NCBI GenBank assembly: GCA_034522715.1
Contig: JAXHLA010000001.1
Span: forward strand, 20,065 to 84,064
Reading direction: 5' to 3'
DNA: 64,000 nt
Source of the DNA: Parvularculaceae bacterium
GTDB taxonomy: Bacteria > Pseudomonadota > Alphaproteobacteria > Caulobacterales > Parvularculaceae
Shown in pieces: positions 37,787 to 47,008 of this stretch. Under the pieces are notes generated by a model that was not told where the DNA came from, searched no databases, and saw only the letters and a list, made by a program, of their open reading frames with translations. Within the stretch, counting starts at the first letter, position 1; each line of letters opens with the position of its first letter. The position numbers and the translations under genes are program-made.

Positions 37787-38943
37787 GCGCCGCCAAAGCG
37801 TCTGAAATAACGATCGAGAATGGCAGCATAGATTTCGACGAGCGTCAGAATGTCGGCGACGGACGCGTGTTCATCAATCTTGTGGATCGACTGGCCCACG
37901 AGGCCAAATTCCGCGACCGGCGCGATGTTTTTGATGTAGCGCGCATCCGATGTGCCGCCGGTCGTTGAGCGTTCCGGGCGCAGGCCGGTTTTGTCGAAAA
38001 CGGCGTCCTCAATCAGGGAGAGAAACGCCGCATCCGTCGTCAAAAACGCATCGCCGGAGCAGACCGCGCTCAGCTCATAGCGCGCGTCAGGCGCGGCAGC
38101 CTCGATCCGCCGGCGCAGCTCCGCTTCCAGCGTCGCGGCGCTCCAGGCCGGATTGAACCGGATATTAAAGCGCGCGGAGGCGCGGCCCGGAATGACGTTC
38201 GCTGCCGGATTGCCGACATGGACGTCCGAAACCTGCAGGCTCGACGCCTGGAATCTTTCGTAACCGCTGTCGAGCGGCCGCTCGGTGAGGGCGAGCAGCA
38301 TTTTCAGGAGCGGCGGGATCGGATTGTCCGCCCGCTGAGGATAGGCGACATGCCCCTGCTTGCCCATCACCGACACCGTGCAGTTCATGCTGCCGCGCCG
38401 TCCGACCTTGATCGTGTCGCCCAGACGTTCGTTCGAAGACGGCTCGCCGACGAGGCAATGGTTGATCGTCTCGCCTGCCGACGCCATCCAGCCGAGCATG
38501 CGTTTGGTGCCGTTGATCGCCGGCCCTTCTTCATCGCCGGTTATGATGAGCGCAATGGACCCGACGGGATCCGCGGCGATGACGCGCTGCGCCGCGGCGA
38601 CAAAGGCGGCGATGCCGCCCTTCATATCGGCGGCGCCGCGCCCCCAGAGAACGCCGTTTTCGATCACGGCCTCGAACGGCGGCCTGGTCCAATCGGGGAG
38701 GGGGCCCGGCGGCACCACGTCTGTATGGCCCGCATACGCAAAGACCGGTCCCGCCGTGCCCCATCGCGCATAAAGATTATCGATCGGATCGCCGCCCTCT
38801 TCGGCGAACACCATCCGCGTGCAGCGAAAGCCAAGCGATGTGAGCGCCGCTTCAAGGACATCGAGCGCCCCTTCATCACGCGGCGTCACGGAGGGTCGCC
38901 GGATCATCGCGCGCGCGAGTTCAATGGGGTCGATCATGATCAT
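37777..38943 (-). CDS. dapE: Succinyl-diaminopimelate desuccinylase
   Basis: M20 peptidase motifs GHTDVVP, GRGAADMKG, TGDEEG, and C-terminal GGTSDARY. Converges on truA with a 10-nt overlap. Confidence 0.93.
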   Translation of the reverse strand: MIMIDPIELARAMIRRPSVTPRDEGALDVLEAALTSLGFRCTRMVFAEEGGDPIDNLYARWGTAGPVFAYAGHTDVVPPGPLPDWTRPPFEAVIENGVLWGRGAADMKGGIAAFVAAAQRVIAADPVGSIALIITGDEEGPAINGTKRMLGWMASAGETINHCLVGEPSSNERLGDTIKVGRRGSMNCTVSVMGKQGHVAYPQRADNPIPPLLKMLLALTERPLDSGYERFQASSLQVSDVHVGNPAANVIPGRASARFNIRFNPAWSAATLEAELRRRIEAAAPDARYELSAVCSGDAFLTTDAAFLSLIEDAVFDKTGLRPERSTTGGTSDARYIKNIAPVAEFGLVGQSIHKIDEHASVADILTLVEIYAAILDRYFRRFGGAHA

Positions 38944-39036
38944 AGCGGTTTGGTTAGACTAAGGCGCGCGTCAGAAAAAGGCGCTTGACGCCGCATCTTC
39001 GCGGGCGCTTCTCCTGCCCTGAAGGGAGACCTATCA

Positions 39037-39501
39037 ATGCCCCGGATCGACATCGCTGCCGTTCCTGTCATCTCAACGACCGGCTACCCGGCGCCTTATC
39101 GCCATGTCGTCGACGGGCGCTTGAAACAGCGCCTCGGTGACGCCGGCGCCCTGACGCAGTTCGGCGTCAACCTGACGCGGCTGAAGCCAGGGGCAGCTTC
39201 GGCGCTTCGTCACTGGCATGAGACGGAAGACGAGTTCGTGTTCGTGCTCGAAGGCGTAGTCATCCTCATCGAGGATGCAGGCGAAACGCTGCTGAGGGCG
39301 GGCGAAGCGGCGGCCTTCCCGGCCGGCGCGCCAAACGGCCACCAGTTGGTCAACCGGTCGGCGGCCGACGCCGTCTTTCTTGAAGTCGGCACACGGACGA
39401 AAGAGGATCGTGTGACCTATGTCGACAGCGGCGTCGAACTTCAGGCCGTTAACGACGGGAGCGGCTGGCGCTACCTCAGGAAATCCGGCGAGCCGTGGTG
39501 A
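39037..39501 (+). CDS. Cupin domain protein
   Basis: GGGAGA RBS. Cupin motifs HWHETEDEFVFVLEG and AFPAGAPNGHQLVN. Confidence 0.7.
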   Translation: MPRIDIAAVPVISTTGYPAPYRHVVDGRLKQRLGDAGALTQFGVNLTRLKPGAASALRHWHETEDEFVFVLEGVVILIEDAGETLLRAGEAAAFPAGAPNGHQLVNRSAADAVFLEVGTRTKEDRVTYVDSGVELQAVNDGSGWRYLRKSGEPW

Positions 39502-39504
39502 CCC

Positions 39505-40845
39505 TCAGAAGCGCCAGCGCAAACGGCCGGACACGGCGATCGCCTGAGCTTGCGTATTGAGGCTCAGCCCCCCGCGGAAAAGGTCCTCGGGGAGCGCGCC
39601 GGAGATAGCGATCTCACGGTCATCGAAGATCGCATAGGCAAGCCCCAGATCGGCGCTCAACCTGTCGCCGAAATCATGGCTGACGCCGGCCGCAAACCAG
39701 TAGCGGTCGCCGTCCGGGATGCGCGGGCTCGCGAAGTCGCCATTCACCGGAGACTGGTCGTAGTAAAATCCAGCGCGAAGGACGGTCGCATCCGAGACTT
39801 CGTATTCGCCGCCGGCGGAAAGCCCCCAGGCATCGCGCCAGTCTTGCGTCAGGATTTCAGCGGGCGTCGCGACGTCGTTGAAGGCGAGGGTGACTTCTTC
39901 AAAGCTGGACCAGCGGGTGACCTTCGCCGAGCCGAGGAGCGTCAACCTTTCGCTCGCCTTGATGCGCGCGCCGAGGCCCGCCGACGCCGGCAACGCGATC
40001 GAAGTCCGGAACCCGTCCGCCGCAAAAAGGCCGACCGCGCCGTTGAGGATCTGGCCGGCGGGGCTGGCGGCGAGCCCGAATGTGGCGTCGTCGGCGATCT
40101 CATGCTCGATCTTCGACCGCCAGACGAGGCCGACCTGCAAGCGATCGGTCAGGTCCGCGTTCAGGCCGACCGTATAGCCGACCGCCCAGTTGGTTCCCTC
40201 GAAAGCGCCATCAAGATCGCTGGACCCCGGCGCAAAGCCCGGGATCATGCTCGCCGCCGCAATGCCGCCGGCATCAATCGTCGAGGTGATGGTGACGTCG
40301 ACACGCTGAAACCGCGGCCCGCCTGCGATCGTCAGGCCGTCCGCCAGCCGATAGGCGACGACCGGCGAAATCTCGAGCGCGGTCAGTTCGCTCTCGCGCG
40401 CCTGATAGCGCACGATCGAATCCGCCGCATAGTCCGTCGACAATCCAAAGGTGGCGTTGGCGATGACGCCGACGCTCAGCCGCTCGGAAAGCGGCGCAGC
40501 GATCGTAACGTTCGGGACGACAGCGAAATCGACGATGCCGTCGCCGGCCGCCGCGCCCGTCACCGGCGAGACGCCAAGCAGGACCCCTTGAGCGTCCTCA
40601 TAGGTCGTCAACGGCCAGACGCCCGTCGCATTGAAAGAAATCTCAGCCCCGTCGAGGGCGCCGATCGCGGCCGGGTTATAAGCGGCGTAGCCGGCGTCCC
40701 CATCCTTGGCCTCGGCCCCGGCGAACGCGGCGCCGAGCGCCCCGGCGTTCTGGTGCTCAAGGTTGAACCCGCCGGCGAGGGCGGGCGCTGCGAAGACAAC
40801 GCCAAGACACGTTGCTCCAAAACGGACGAGCGGGCGGTCAAACAA
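39505..40845 (-). CDS. FadL/OmpP1/TodX family outer-membrane channel for hydrophobic compounds
   Basis: Signal peptide ...VVFAAPALA|GGFNLEHQ, typical mature N-terminus, Gly/aromatic beta-strand pattern, and a C-terminal ...RLRWRF ending in Phe. Track start 40908 is TTG; the TTG at 40845 has a GGAGA RBS. Confidence 0.8.
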   Translation of the reverse strand: MFDRPLVRFGATCLGVVFAAPALAGGFNLEHQNAGALGAAFAGAEAKDGDAGYAAYNPAAIGALDGAEISFNATGVWPLTTYEDAQGVLLGVSPVTGAAAGDGIVDFAVVPNVTIAAPLSERLSVGVIANATFGLSTDYAADSIVRYQARESELTALEISPVVAYRLADGLTIAGGPRFQRVDVTITSTIDAGGIAAASMIPGFAPGSSDLDGAFEGTNWAVGYTVGLNADLTDRLQVGLVWRSKIEHEIADDATFGLAASPAGQILNGAVGLFAADGFRTSIALPASAGLGARIKASERLTLLGSAKVTRWSSFEEVTLAFNDVATPAEILTQDWRDAWGLSAGGEYEVSDATVLRAGFYYDQSPVNGDFASPRIPDGDRYWFAAGVSHDFGDRLSADLGLAYAIFDDREIAISGALPEDLFRGGLSLNTQAQAIAVSGRLRWRF

Positions 40846-41104
40846 TGAGATTCTCCGGTTGGGAAATAAGGAGCTGGCGACCTCTTGCGATGAGTCTATT
40901 GGCGGCAATCATTAACATATAGCTCCTCCGCAAGGTCAAACACCAAACTTGGCGAGGGTAGAAGCATTCTCTTGAAGCGCGCGGAAAATGCTTGAAATTA
41001 ACGATTTCTTAACGTTAGCTGGTCGCGCAGAGGTTTAGCCGCGACGAAATTGCTATTCGCGAAGTCTCTGGTCGGCGTTCGAGGCGAAAGTTTCGGCGAT
41101 TGGG

Positions 41105-42253
41105 ATGAATTGCGGCCTGGGGAGGGGTCGAGACAGAACAGACGACACGATCGTCAGTAAGAGGATATTGTCAGCGATGGTGTCCATGGTTGCGCCGCCG
41201 GGCCGCTTTGAATCCCAAGGGGTTGATCCTCAGCCGAATCTTTATGTCCGCAGTCCGCATGCCGTTTACCCGTCGCGTTCTACCGTAGTCTTCAAATCCG
41301 ATCGGCGGGTCAGGGCCCCGATTGCTGATATTTTCAGCCTCGGGATCGAACTTGACAGGCTGGTCGAGCGTTTCGCCGCGGGCGATGTCTTCGCCGGAAT
41401 GGCCGATCTTCGCGACACTTTCCAGCAGGCGCGCGCCGATTTCGGCTTTCAGCGCTGGCGTTACGAGGCGATCGAAGTCATTCGCGCGCACGAACTTGCG
41501 CAATTCGCCGTTGAGTGCCCCTTGACCCATCGGTCATTAACAAAACCTCGGGGCTATTCGGGCGACGCGGTGTTGATCGACCAGATTTACGGAACGGGCG
41601 AGCAGCAGTTTGCGCCCCATCCAGCCTCCGTCGGCGGTCAAATTTTCTTCTTCATTCTTCATTCTTCAGCGTGCAGATCAGTACGCCTGCGCAGAGAGGT
41701 CCTAGCCGCCGAGATCGATAGGGCGTGTGACGAATTCAGCCGGCCGACCATCCTCTCGATCGCTTGCGGGCATTTGAGGGAGTTGGAGCTTTCGCAATCG
41801 GCGAGGACCGGAAAAATCGGTCGATTGATCGCGTTCGACCAGGACGAGGAGTCGCTTGCAGAATGCGCGCATTTACAATCGAGCGTTCCGATCGAGTTCG
41901 ACGCCGGCAGCGTTCGTCAACTGATCGGCAGAAAGCGACGGTTTGACGGCGTCGATTTCGCCTATGCGGCAGGATTGTTCGACTACCTTGTCGGGCCTGT
42001 CGCTGTGAGGCTCGCCGAGCAAATGTTTTCCTATCTGAAACCGGGCGGCCGGATGTTGATTGGGAATTTCACGCCTGCCGGCGAGGCGATCAGCTACATG
42101 GAAGCGTTTATGGACTGGTGGCTTGTCTATCGCACCAAAGAGGAGCTTGCGCAGCTGGTGGCGACCTTGCCTGCGAACGAAGTCGCCGCAACGGAAGTTT
42201 TTGAAGACGATCGCGGCGTCATCGCTTATGTCAGCGTTGAAAAAAAGCGCTGA
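41105..42253 (+). CDS. Class I SAM-dependent methyltransferase of the PhcB-like (3-hydroxy fatty acid methyl ester synthase-like) type; start uncertain
   Basis: KPRGYSGDAVLIDQIY, SIACGHLREL (SAM motif I), LKPGGRMLIGNF...YMEAFMDWWLVYRTKEEL. Recognised from memory of this family. Codon usage is visibly more A/T-rich than the neighbours. Confidence 0.65.
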   Translation: MNCGLGRGRDRTDDTIVSKRILSAMVSMVAPPGRFESQGVDPQPNLYVRSPHAVYPSRSTVVFKSDRRVRAPIADIFSLGIELDRLVERFAAGDVFAGMADLRDTFQQARADFGFQRWRYEAIEVIRAHELAQFAVECPLTHRSLTKPRGYSGDAVLIDQIYGTGEQQFAPHPASVGGQIFFFILHSSACRSVRLRREVLAAEIDRACDEFSRPTILSIACGHLRELELSQSARTGKIGRLIAFDQDEESLAECAHLQSSVPIEFDAGSVRQLIGRKRRFDGVDFAYAAGLFDYLVGPVAVRLAEQMFSYLKPGGRMLIGNFTPAGEAISYMEAFMDWWLVYRTKEELAQLVATLPANEVAATEVFEDDRGVIAYVSVEKKR

Positions 42254-42303
42254 CGCGCCAGAGGTTCGCGGCGGTAGTCGGCATGCAGCCGCAGGCGCTT
42301 ATT

Positions 42304-43755
42304 TTACGCCGTGTCGATCGACTTCTTCTGAACGAGGACAGGGCATGTGACCTCGACGGTCGTGCCGACGTTTTCGACTGAACTGATGGTCAGCGATCCG
42401 CCTTGGCGTTCGATCAACTGCTTTGCGATCGACACGCCGAGGCCCAATCCTTTTTGGGTTCGAGAAAGCTTTGAGTCCGCATGTCCAAACGGCTCTAGCG
42501 CGGCGGCGATTTTCGCCGGCGACATGCCCGGCCCGAAGTCACGAACGCTTATTTTATAAAGGCCGTCGCCGGCAAGGGCGCCGGTCACGATCACTTTCGC
42601 CCCGGGCGGACTGGCGTTCAGCGCGTTCTCCAGAATATTTCCGAGTGCATAAAGGGTGTGATGCGCGTCGATCAAAAGCTTTGCGGCGCCGATTTCGACA
42701 ACCTCTGTCTGCACCGATCTTCTTGTCGCCAGATCGCTGTACTGATGCGTCAGTTGTTCGATGATTTCGTGCGGCAGAACGTCGTCGATGACGAAGGAAA
42801 GCTTTCCCGCGGTCGCGTCCGCGTAGCGGAGCATCTGGCCGATCTTTTTCAAAAGCTCGCGCGCCGCATCAAGCGCCTGGTTGATGTTGGCGATCTGGGC
42901 GGCGGCTGCGGCGTTTGCAGCGTCAGCCCGCGCAATTTCGCTGAAGCCGATGATCTGGTGCAGCGGCGTGCGCAGTTCATGCGTGAGAACGGAGAGGAAA
43001 TTGAGCTTCGATTGATCGGCGGCGGTCGCTTCTATGAGCAGCCTTCGGATCTCGGCTGCGTCCTTCTCCCGCTGTCGATTCCGGTACCAGATTTCGCGAG
43101 CACGCATCTCTTGCACGTAACTTGTGACGATGGCGACCATGGCGACGCTGATCATGAAGAAATAGCCGGCGATCCGATCGGTCGCAGACATGTGGGCGTG
43201 CGCCGCGACGACCGCGCAGTAGACCACGCTCACAAACAGGTAAGTGAACGCGGCGACTGGAAACTTGACGCGCATCAGGCACGAAGTGAAAATCATCGTG
43301 ACGAGCACGCCGATGATATAGGGCGGCCCGCCGACCGGCGACATCGCGCTGATCATGAAAATGATCGACAGGCAGTACAGAGCGAAACCGATGATCGTCG
43401 AATACTGCTGATATGGTCGCAACCGCGGGATGGCGGTCAACATCACGCCGAGGGCGCCGATCGGACCGACAATCGCGCATCGCAGGATCAGAAAATCCGC
43501 CGCTTTATCGCCCACGGTAAGGAGATCGAGAAATCCGTACGACAAGAACGCAGCGACGCCGACCCACTGCAATTGAAACTCGCGCCGGAATGACTCCGTC
43601 GCAAGAAAAGAGCGATACTCGGATTCCAGCGCAGGGTCGCGAAAGGTCGCCGTCCGGCGGTCGAACTCGGAAGCGGCGGCGCGCCCTTTCCCGTCAGCGG
43701 ACAGCGCGCAGGCCGGCTGGTCAAGACTGGATGGCTCTTCAGCGCCCGAGGACAT
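42304..43755 (-). CDS. Membrane sensor histidine kinase (multi-TM sensor, HisKA + HATPase_c, no receiver domain)
   Basis: 5-6 TM helices. H-box LSVLTHELRTPLHQIIGFSEI, N-box NILENALNAS, G-boxes DFGPGM and GLGLGVSIAKQL. Confidence 0.85.
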   Translation of the reverse strand: MSSGAEEPSSLDQPACALSADGKGRAAASEFDRRTATFRDPALESEYRSFLATESFRREFQLQWVGVAAFLSYGFLDLLTVGDKAADFLILRCAIVGPIGALGVMLTAIPRLRPYQQYSTIIGFALYCLSIIFMISAMSPVGGPPYIIGVLVTMIFTSCLMRVKFPVAAFTYLFVSVVYCAVVAAHAHMSATDRIAGYFFMISVAMVAIVTSYVQEMRAREIWYRNRQREKDAAEIRRLLIEATAADQSKLNFLSVLTHELRTPLHQIIGFSEIARADAANAAAAAQIANINQALDAARELLKKIGQMLRYADATAGKLSFVIDDVLPHEIIEQLTHQYSDLATRRSVQTEVVEIGAAKLLIDAHHTLYALGNILENALNASPPGAKVIVTGALAGDGLYKISVRDFGPGMSPAKIAAALEPFGHADSKLSRTQKGLGLGVSIAKQLIERQGGSLTISSVENVGTTVEVTCPVLVQKKSIDTA

Positions 43756-43842
43756 GCCGACGGGTTACCGAATTTCGGTTAATTCGTGATGTAACCGCGT
43801 TTGCGTGCGGATCTAGCGCTATCGCTAATTGCGGTTGCAAAA

Positions 43843-43917
43843 TGGTGGGCGCACAAAGTATCGAACTTTGGACCTCCACCGTGTCAAGGTGGCGCTCTAC
43901 CACTGAGCTATGCGCCC
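43843..43917 (-). tRNA. tRNA-Val (anticodon GAC)
   Basis: Reverse complement is GGGCGCATAGCTCAGTGGTAGAGCGCCACCTTGACACGGTGGAGGTCCAAAGTTCGATACTTTGTGCGCCCACCA. Anticodon loop TTGACAC. Confidence 0.93.
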
Positions 43918-43971
43918 TTAAGAATTGCGGCGTCTAACCGCAAAAAATCGGGCGCGCAAGGGTCGCGTGGG

Positions 43972-44331
43972 TCAGGCCGCGACCATCCGTTCAACTTCCT
44001 GAACGAGATCCTTGAGGTGGAAGGGCTTTGAGAGGACCTTTGCGTCTTCGGGCGCGCGGTTTGCCGGATTGAGCGCGACGGCGGCGAACCCGGTGATGAA
44101 CATGATCTTCATTTCGGGATCGATCTGGGCGGCGCGACGGGCGAGCTCGATGCCGTCCATCACTGGCATCACGATATCGGTCAACAAAAGGTCAAATTCC
44201 CGCAACTGAAGCTCGGTCAGCGCTTCATCGCCCTGGCTGGCGTCGACGACGGAATGGCCAGCTTTCTCGAGCGCCTTTTTGAGAAAGCGCCGCATCGACT
44301 CGTCGTCTTCGGCCAAAAGAATCGCCGCCAT
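43972..44331 (-). CDS. cpdR: Single-domain response regulator, CpdR-like
   Basis: ILLAEDDESMRRFLKKALEKAGH...DLLLTDIVMP...ITGFAAVAL...VLSKPFHLKDLV closely resembles alphaproteobacterial CpdR. Confidence 0.8.
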   Translation of the reverse strand: MAAILLAEDDESMRRFLKKALEKAGHSVVDASQGDEALTELQLREFDLLLTDIVMPVMDGIELARRAAQIDPEMKIMFITGFAAVALNPANRAPEDAKVLSKPFHLKDLVQEVERMVAA

Positions 44332-44525
44332 CGTTCACGCCCTCTCACGAACTCAACGCCCTAGCCAAATCCGCGTCTCTCGGAAAGACGCGCGGCGCCT
44401 GTGGGATCTGAAGAGCAAATGCCGGGCCGCCGGGCCCATGCGACATCATATAGGACTTAACGCCGACCGTGTATTGGGATTACGCTCGAACTACTGGGTG
44501 GGATCGGAATTGGAGACGCAAAGAG

Positions 44526-45425
44526 ATGGAGGCTGTCCGCCAGAGCGACCGCAAGGCGGATCCAGCAATCGATGTGCTGCGGCCGGCGGCGCTTGCCGCA
44601 CCGCTCATTTTCGCTTCACCCCATTCCGGCCGGCGGTATCCTCCTGATCTGATGCGAATGAGCCGGCTTGACCGGCATGCGCTGCGCCAATCCGAAGATG
44701 GCTATGTCGATCTTCTTTTCGCGTCAGCGCCGCAGTTCGGCGCGCCGCTCCTGCGGGCGCTTTTTCCGCGCGCCTGGGTCGATGTTAACCGGTCGCGCGA
44801 TGAACTCGATCAACGGATGTTCGCCGATCCCTTGCCGGCGACCGCCGACACCCGCTCGACCCGGGTGCGCGCCGGGCTTGGCGTCATCCCCCGCATCGTC
44901 GCTGACGGTCAGGACATTTACGACCGGAAGCTCAAATTTTTCGAGGCGCGCCGCCGCCTTGCCGATTGCTACGACGTGTATCATCGCGAGCTTGGCGCGC
45001 TCATCAATCAGTCTTTCGCGCACTTTGGATGCGCTGTTCTCATTGACTGCCACTCGATGCCTTCGGCCGGCGCACTCCCGTTCCGGGACAAGGAGCAGCA
45101 GCTCGATATCGTGCTCGGGGATCGTTTCGGGGCCTCGTGCAGCGGCGCCATCACGGCCTGTGCCGAACAAACTCTGACGAGGCTTGGCTACCACGTTTCA
45201 CGGAACGCCCCTTACGCCGGCGGGCATGTCGCAAGCGCCTATGGCCGCCCGCTTGAGGGCGTTCATGTGCTGCAGATCGAAATCAACCGTGCGCTTTATC
45301 TTGACGAGCGACGCCTTGCCCGGAAGGAAGGGTTTGAAGCCCTTAAAGACAACCTGAAGGTGTTGATGGGGGAGCTTGCCCGTTTTTCACCGGCCGCCCT
45401 TCGCCCGGCGCGGGCCGCGGAGTGA
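44526..45425 (+). CDS. N-formylglutamate amidohydrolase family protein
   Basis: FASPHSGRRYP, DVNRSRDELD, IDCHSMPS, NAPYAGG motifs (FGase family). Confidence 0.85.
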   Translation: MEAVRQSDRKADPAIDVLRPAALAAPLIFASPHSGRRYPPDLMRMSRLDRHALRQSEDGYVDLLFASAPQFGAPLLRALFPRAWVDVNRSRDELDQRMFADPLPATADTRSTRVRAGLGVIPRIVADGQDIYDRKLKFFEARRRLADCYDVYHRELGALINQSFAHFGCAVLIDCHSMPSAGALPFRDKEQQLDIVLGDRFGASCSGAITACAEQTLTRLGYHVSRNAPYAGGHVASAYGRPLEGVHVLQIEINRALYLDERRLARKEGFEALKDNLKVLMGELARFSPAALRPARAAE

Positions 45426-45459
45426 CGCGTCTGTCGGAGCCTTTTTGTTGCGTTAGCGA

Positions 45460-45499
45460 ACAAAAAAGGCCGCAGGACGAACCTGCGGCCCAAAGTTTT
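45460..45499. terminator. Strong GC hairpin; a good Rho-independent terminator on the - strand and a weaker one on the + strand
   Basis: GGCCGCAGG-acgaa-CCTGCGGCC. On the - strand it is followed by TTTTTTG; on the + strand by CAAAGTTTT. Confidence 0.6.
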
Positions 45500-45818
45500 G
45501 GGAGGAAACGCCCAAAAGGGCAGCGACGCTGCAAAGCGCCGCCTAGAAAAGACTGTCATGAAGACTGCTGCGCCGCAACAAATTTCTTTCGCATCGCAAT
45601 ATAAAAATGAAGCGCGAGCGCACTTGATTGCCGGGCAAGGCCGTCGCGGCTAAGGCGAAAACCGCGATCCGATTAGCCGATGAAGGGCGAAAACCTTGAA
45701 ATCAAGAGATCTTTCTGACGCCGCCCCTGACAATGCTGCGCCTTTGCCGCGCAAGGGAACCCTGAAGCGAATCAGCTCGGGCGTGGGGCGTTTTACGAAG
45801 CCGAAACAACGCTTCGCG

Positions 45819-46892
45819 ATGCCCAACACGGAGTCCGGCCTTAAAATCGTGATTGCGACTGACGCCTGGAAGCCACAGCTCAACGGCGTTGTGAGAACGC
45901 TCGAGACGCTAGGCGATATCCTGTCGTCGTTCGGCAACCAGGTTCGCTACATCACGCCGAACGAGTTCAAGTCGGTGCCGCTGCCTTCCTATCCGGAAAT
46001 CCGCCTTTCGATTTTACCGAACCGCCGCGTCGCCAAGATCATCAATGACTTCAAGCCCGACGCCGTGCACATCGCCACGGAGGGCCCAATCGGGCGCGCG
46101 GTCCGGCGGTTCTGCAAGCGCCGTGATTATCCCTTCACCACAAGCTTTCACACACGCTTTCCAGAGTACGCCCATGAGCGATGGGCGGTGCCGATCTCGT
46201 GGGGCTACGCGGTGCTCAAGGATTTTCACAAGGACGGCGAGGCGATGATGGTCGCGACGCCCGGCTTGATGGAAGAACTGACCAGCCGCGGCTTCACCGG
46301 CATGAAACTCTGGGCGCGCGGCGTCGACCTGAAGCAGTTTGTTCCGGGCGACCGGTCTTTTCTCGACCAGTATCCCCGGCCGATTTTCCTCTATGTCGGA
46401 CGTCTCGCCGTTGAAAAGTCGATCGAGGATTTCCTGAAATGCGAGCTGCCCGGCACGAAACTCATCGTCGGCGACGGGCCGCAGCGCGCCGATCTTGAGC
46501 AGCGGTTCAAGGACGCGGTGTTTGTCGGCCCCAAATTCGGCGAGGAGCTAACGCGCTATTATCAGGGGGCAGATGTTTTCGTCTTCCCCTCGCGCACGGA
46601 CACGTTCGGGCTTGTGAACGTGGAAGCGCTGGCCTGCGGCGTTCCTGTCGCAGCCTACCCGGTCCGGGGGCCGCTCGAAATACTTGACGGGGCGCCCGCA
46701 GGATGTGGCGCCATGAATGAGGATTTGCGCCAGGCTTGTCTCGACGCCTATTCGAACCGCGACCCGGCGCTCTGCCGCAAATGGGCCGAACGCTTTTCGT
46801 GGGATTCAGCGTCGCGCCAATTCATCACCAATCTCGAAATGCCAGGCTTCGACGAGGAATTCTGGCTGAAATCCGCCAAGATGATCGACTGA
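45819..46892 (+). CDS. Glycosyltransferase family 4 (GT-B, GT1/GT4 clan)
   Basis: LKIVIATDAWKPQLNGVVRTL N-terminus. FPSRTDTFGLVNVEALACGVPV (EX7E region). Track start 45696 is TTG; ATG 45819 fits the family N-terminus. Confidence 0.85.
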   Translation: MPNTESGLKIVIATDAWKPQLNGVVRTLETLGDILSSFGNQVRYITPNEFKSVPLPSYPEIRLSILPNRRVAKIINDFKPDAVHIATEGPIGRAVRRFCKRRDYPFTTSFHTRFPEYAHERWAVPISWGYAVLKDFHKDGEAMMVATPGLMEELTSRGFTGMKLWARGVDLKQFVPGDRSFLDQYPRPIFLYVGRLAVEKSIEDFLKCELPGTKLIVGDGPQRADLEQRFKDAVFVGPKFGEELTRYYQGADVFVFPSRTDTFGLVNVEALACGVPVAAYPVRGPLEILDGAPAGCGAMNEDLRQACLDAYSNRDPALCRKWAERFSWDSASRQFITNLEMPGFDEEFWLKSAKMID

Positions 46893-47008
46893 CCTGCGCC
46901 GGATCGAGACGCTTTGCAGGATTGAAGTCTGTTACAACCGCGGCACGAGGTTTGCCTCTTCGCTCTCCGTCAACCGCGCCCCAGGGGCGCCCAGCGGGAG
47001 TGCGCACC

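Noticed and set aside
39550-40848. 432-aa + strand ORF.
   Set aside because: It is antisense to the FadL-family gene, which has a clear signal peptide and a C-terminal Phe. Its translation is Arg/Asp/Gly-rich junk. The same reasoning applies to 42658..43593, 30955..31950, 51191..52147, 54725..55465, 54982..55803 and 55999..56592.
45422-45604. 60-aa + strand ORF, and a 31-aa ORF (MKTAAPQQ...) in the same spacer.
   Set aside because: There is no RBS, the composition is odd (Cys/Lys/Arg-rich), and they span the terminator hairpins. An RNA-level function seems more likely.
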